A DNA stretch of 64,000 nucleotides from Anaeramoeba ignava BMAN (taxonomy: Eukaryota > Protista > Anaeramoebae): positions 1 to 64,000 of the forward strand of contig JAPDFW010000094.1 in the NCBI GenBank assembly GCA_028826165.1, written 5' to 3'. A model generated the notes under the pieces. The model was not told the DNA's origin, ran no database searches, and saw only the letters and a list, made by a program, of their open reading frames with translations. The position numbers were made by a program, and so were the translations under genes. Below are positions 63,589 through 64,000 of this stretch, in pieces; positions within the stretch are counted from its first letter, which is position 1; each line of letters opens with the position of its first letter.

Positions 63589-64000
63589 CTAACTCAACCA
63601 ATTTAAAAATAATAAAGAAAAAGAAGCTATCATTAAAAGAACAAAAACTAAACGGAAACATGAAAACTTCCGATTTCTTGTTATTAAAAGTTCTTCTTTT
63701 GCTAATTTTAAGTGTTCAGTTGCACTAACAGTTGAATCATAAATATAATCAATTTCTTGTGATTGTTCAATTATTTTATTTGCAAATAAATCTTGCAATT
63801 TTGATATTTCAATTAATTTCACTTCAATTTCTTTAACTTGATCAACAGTATCCATTAATTTTTGTTTTACTATTAAATTTTCTTGCATTAATTTTTTTGA
63901 TTCATTTTCATCTAATTCTTCTTCAATCATTTTCCATTCATTAAAATAATTTGGATCATTTTTTTCCAAATTGATTTTTTGATTTTCTTTTTCAAAAAAT
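63589..64000 (-). CDS. STX18: Syntaxin-18/Ufe1 ER Qa-SNARE, 3' portion
   Basis: SNARE motif VKEIEVKLIEISKLQDLFANKIIEQSQEID, and C-terminal TM FSLLFLNW matching the STX18 pattern. Confidence 0.85.
   Translation of the reverse strand, partial: FFEKENQKINLEKNDPNYFNEWKMIEEELDENESKKLMQENLIVKQKLMDTVDQVKEIEVKLIEISKLQDLFANKIIEQSQEIDYIYDSTVSATEHLKLAKEELLITRNRKFSCFRLVFVLLMIASFSLLFLNWLS

Noticed and set aside
1-64000. Many frameshifted genes as pseudogenes or programmed frameshifts
   Set aside because: The indels are single bases, mostly in homopolymers, and also hit essential single-copy genes (BMS1, DBR1). Long-read consensus error is the simplest explanation.
6879-64000. Functional endomembrane cluster (Vps34, PIG-M, acid phosphatase, WDR7, STX18, GPI proteins)
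   Set aside because: These genes are interspersed with unrelated ones (BMS1, DBR1, exportin-7) and there is no evidence of co-regulation, so chance is plausible.

Overview
Very AT-rich, gene-dense eukaryotic (protist) genomic DNA with spliceosomal GT-AG introns and the standard genetic code. The ENEN/QNQN low-complexity style and expanded RCC1-BTB genes recall Anaeramoeba-type metamonads, but that is only an inference. The window holds about 23 genes. Five are intronless RCC1-BTB paralogues, two of them ending in a polybasic-CaaX tail. Single-copy genes are Vps34, a 4-exon coiled-coil gene with a 13-nt microexon, a secreted GPI-type beta-propeller, an LRR-PP2C phosphatase, PIG-M, a histidine acid phosphatase, a divergent E2F/DP-like winged-helix gene, a WDR7-like gene, an exportin-7-like gene, DBR1, BMS1 and the 3' end of syntaxin-18. 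A 17-kb tandem array encodes six secreted S41-family peptidase-like proteins. The array is the most striking system. One conserved ectodomain is joined to interchangeable anchors (four TM segments, each with a YxxPhi tail, or a GPI-type signal) through a Pro-Thr stalk of variable length, and one copy has substitutions specifically in its predicted catalytic motifs. Also notable: introns inflated by intron-specific tandem repeats, AAG/TAG-only acceptors mostly without a polypyrimidine tract, and a TTTTCATTTT initiator-like motif before most start codons. Many single-base frameshifts lie in homopolymers and are probably assembly errors. All gene models were spliced by hand from the sequence and no database search was run.
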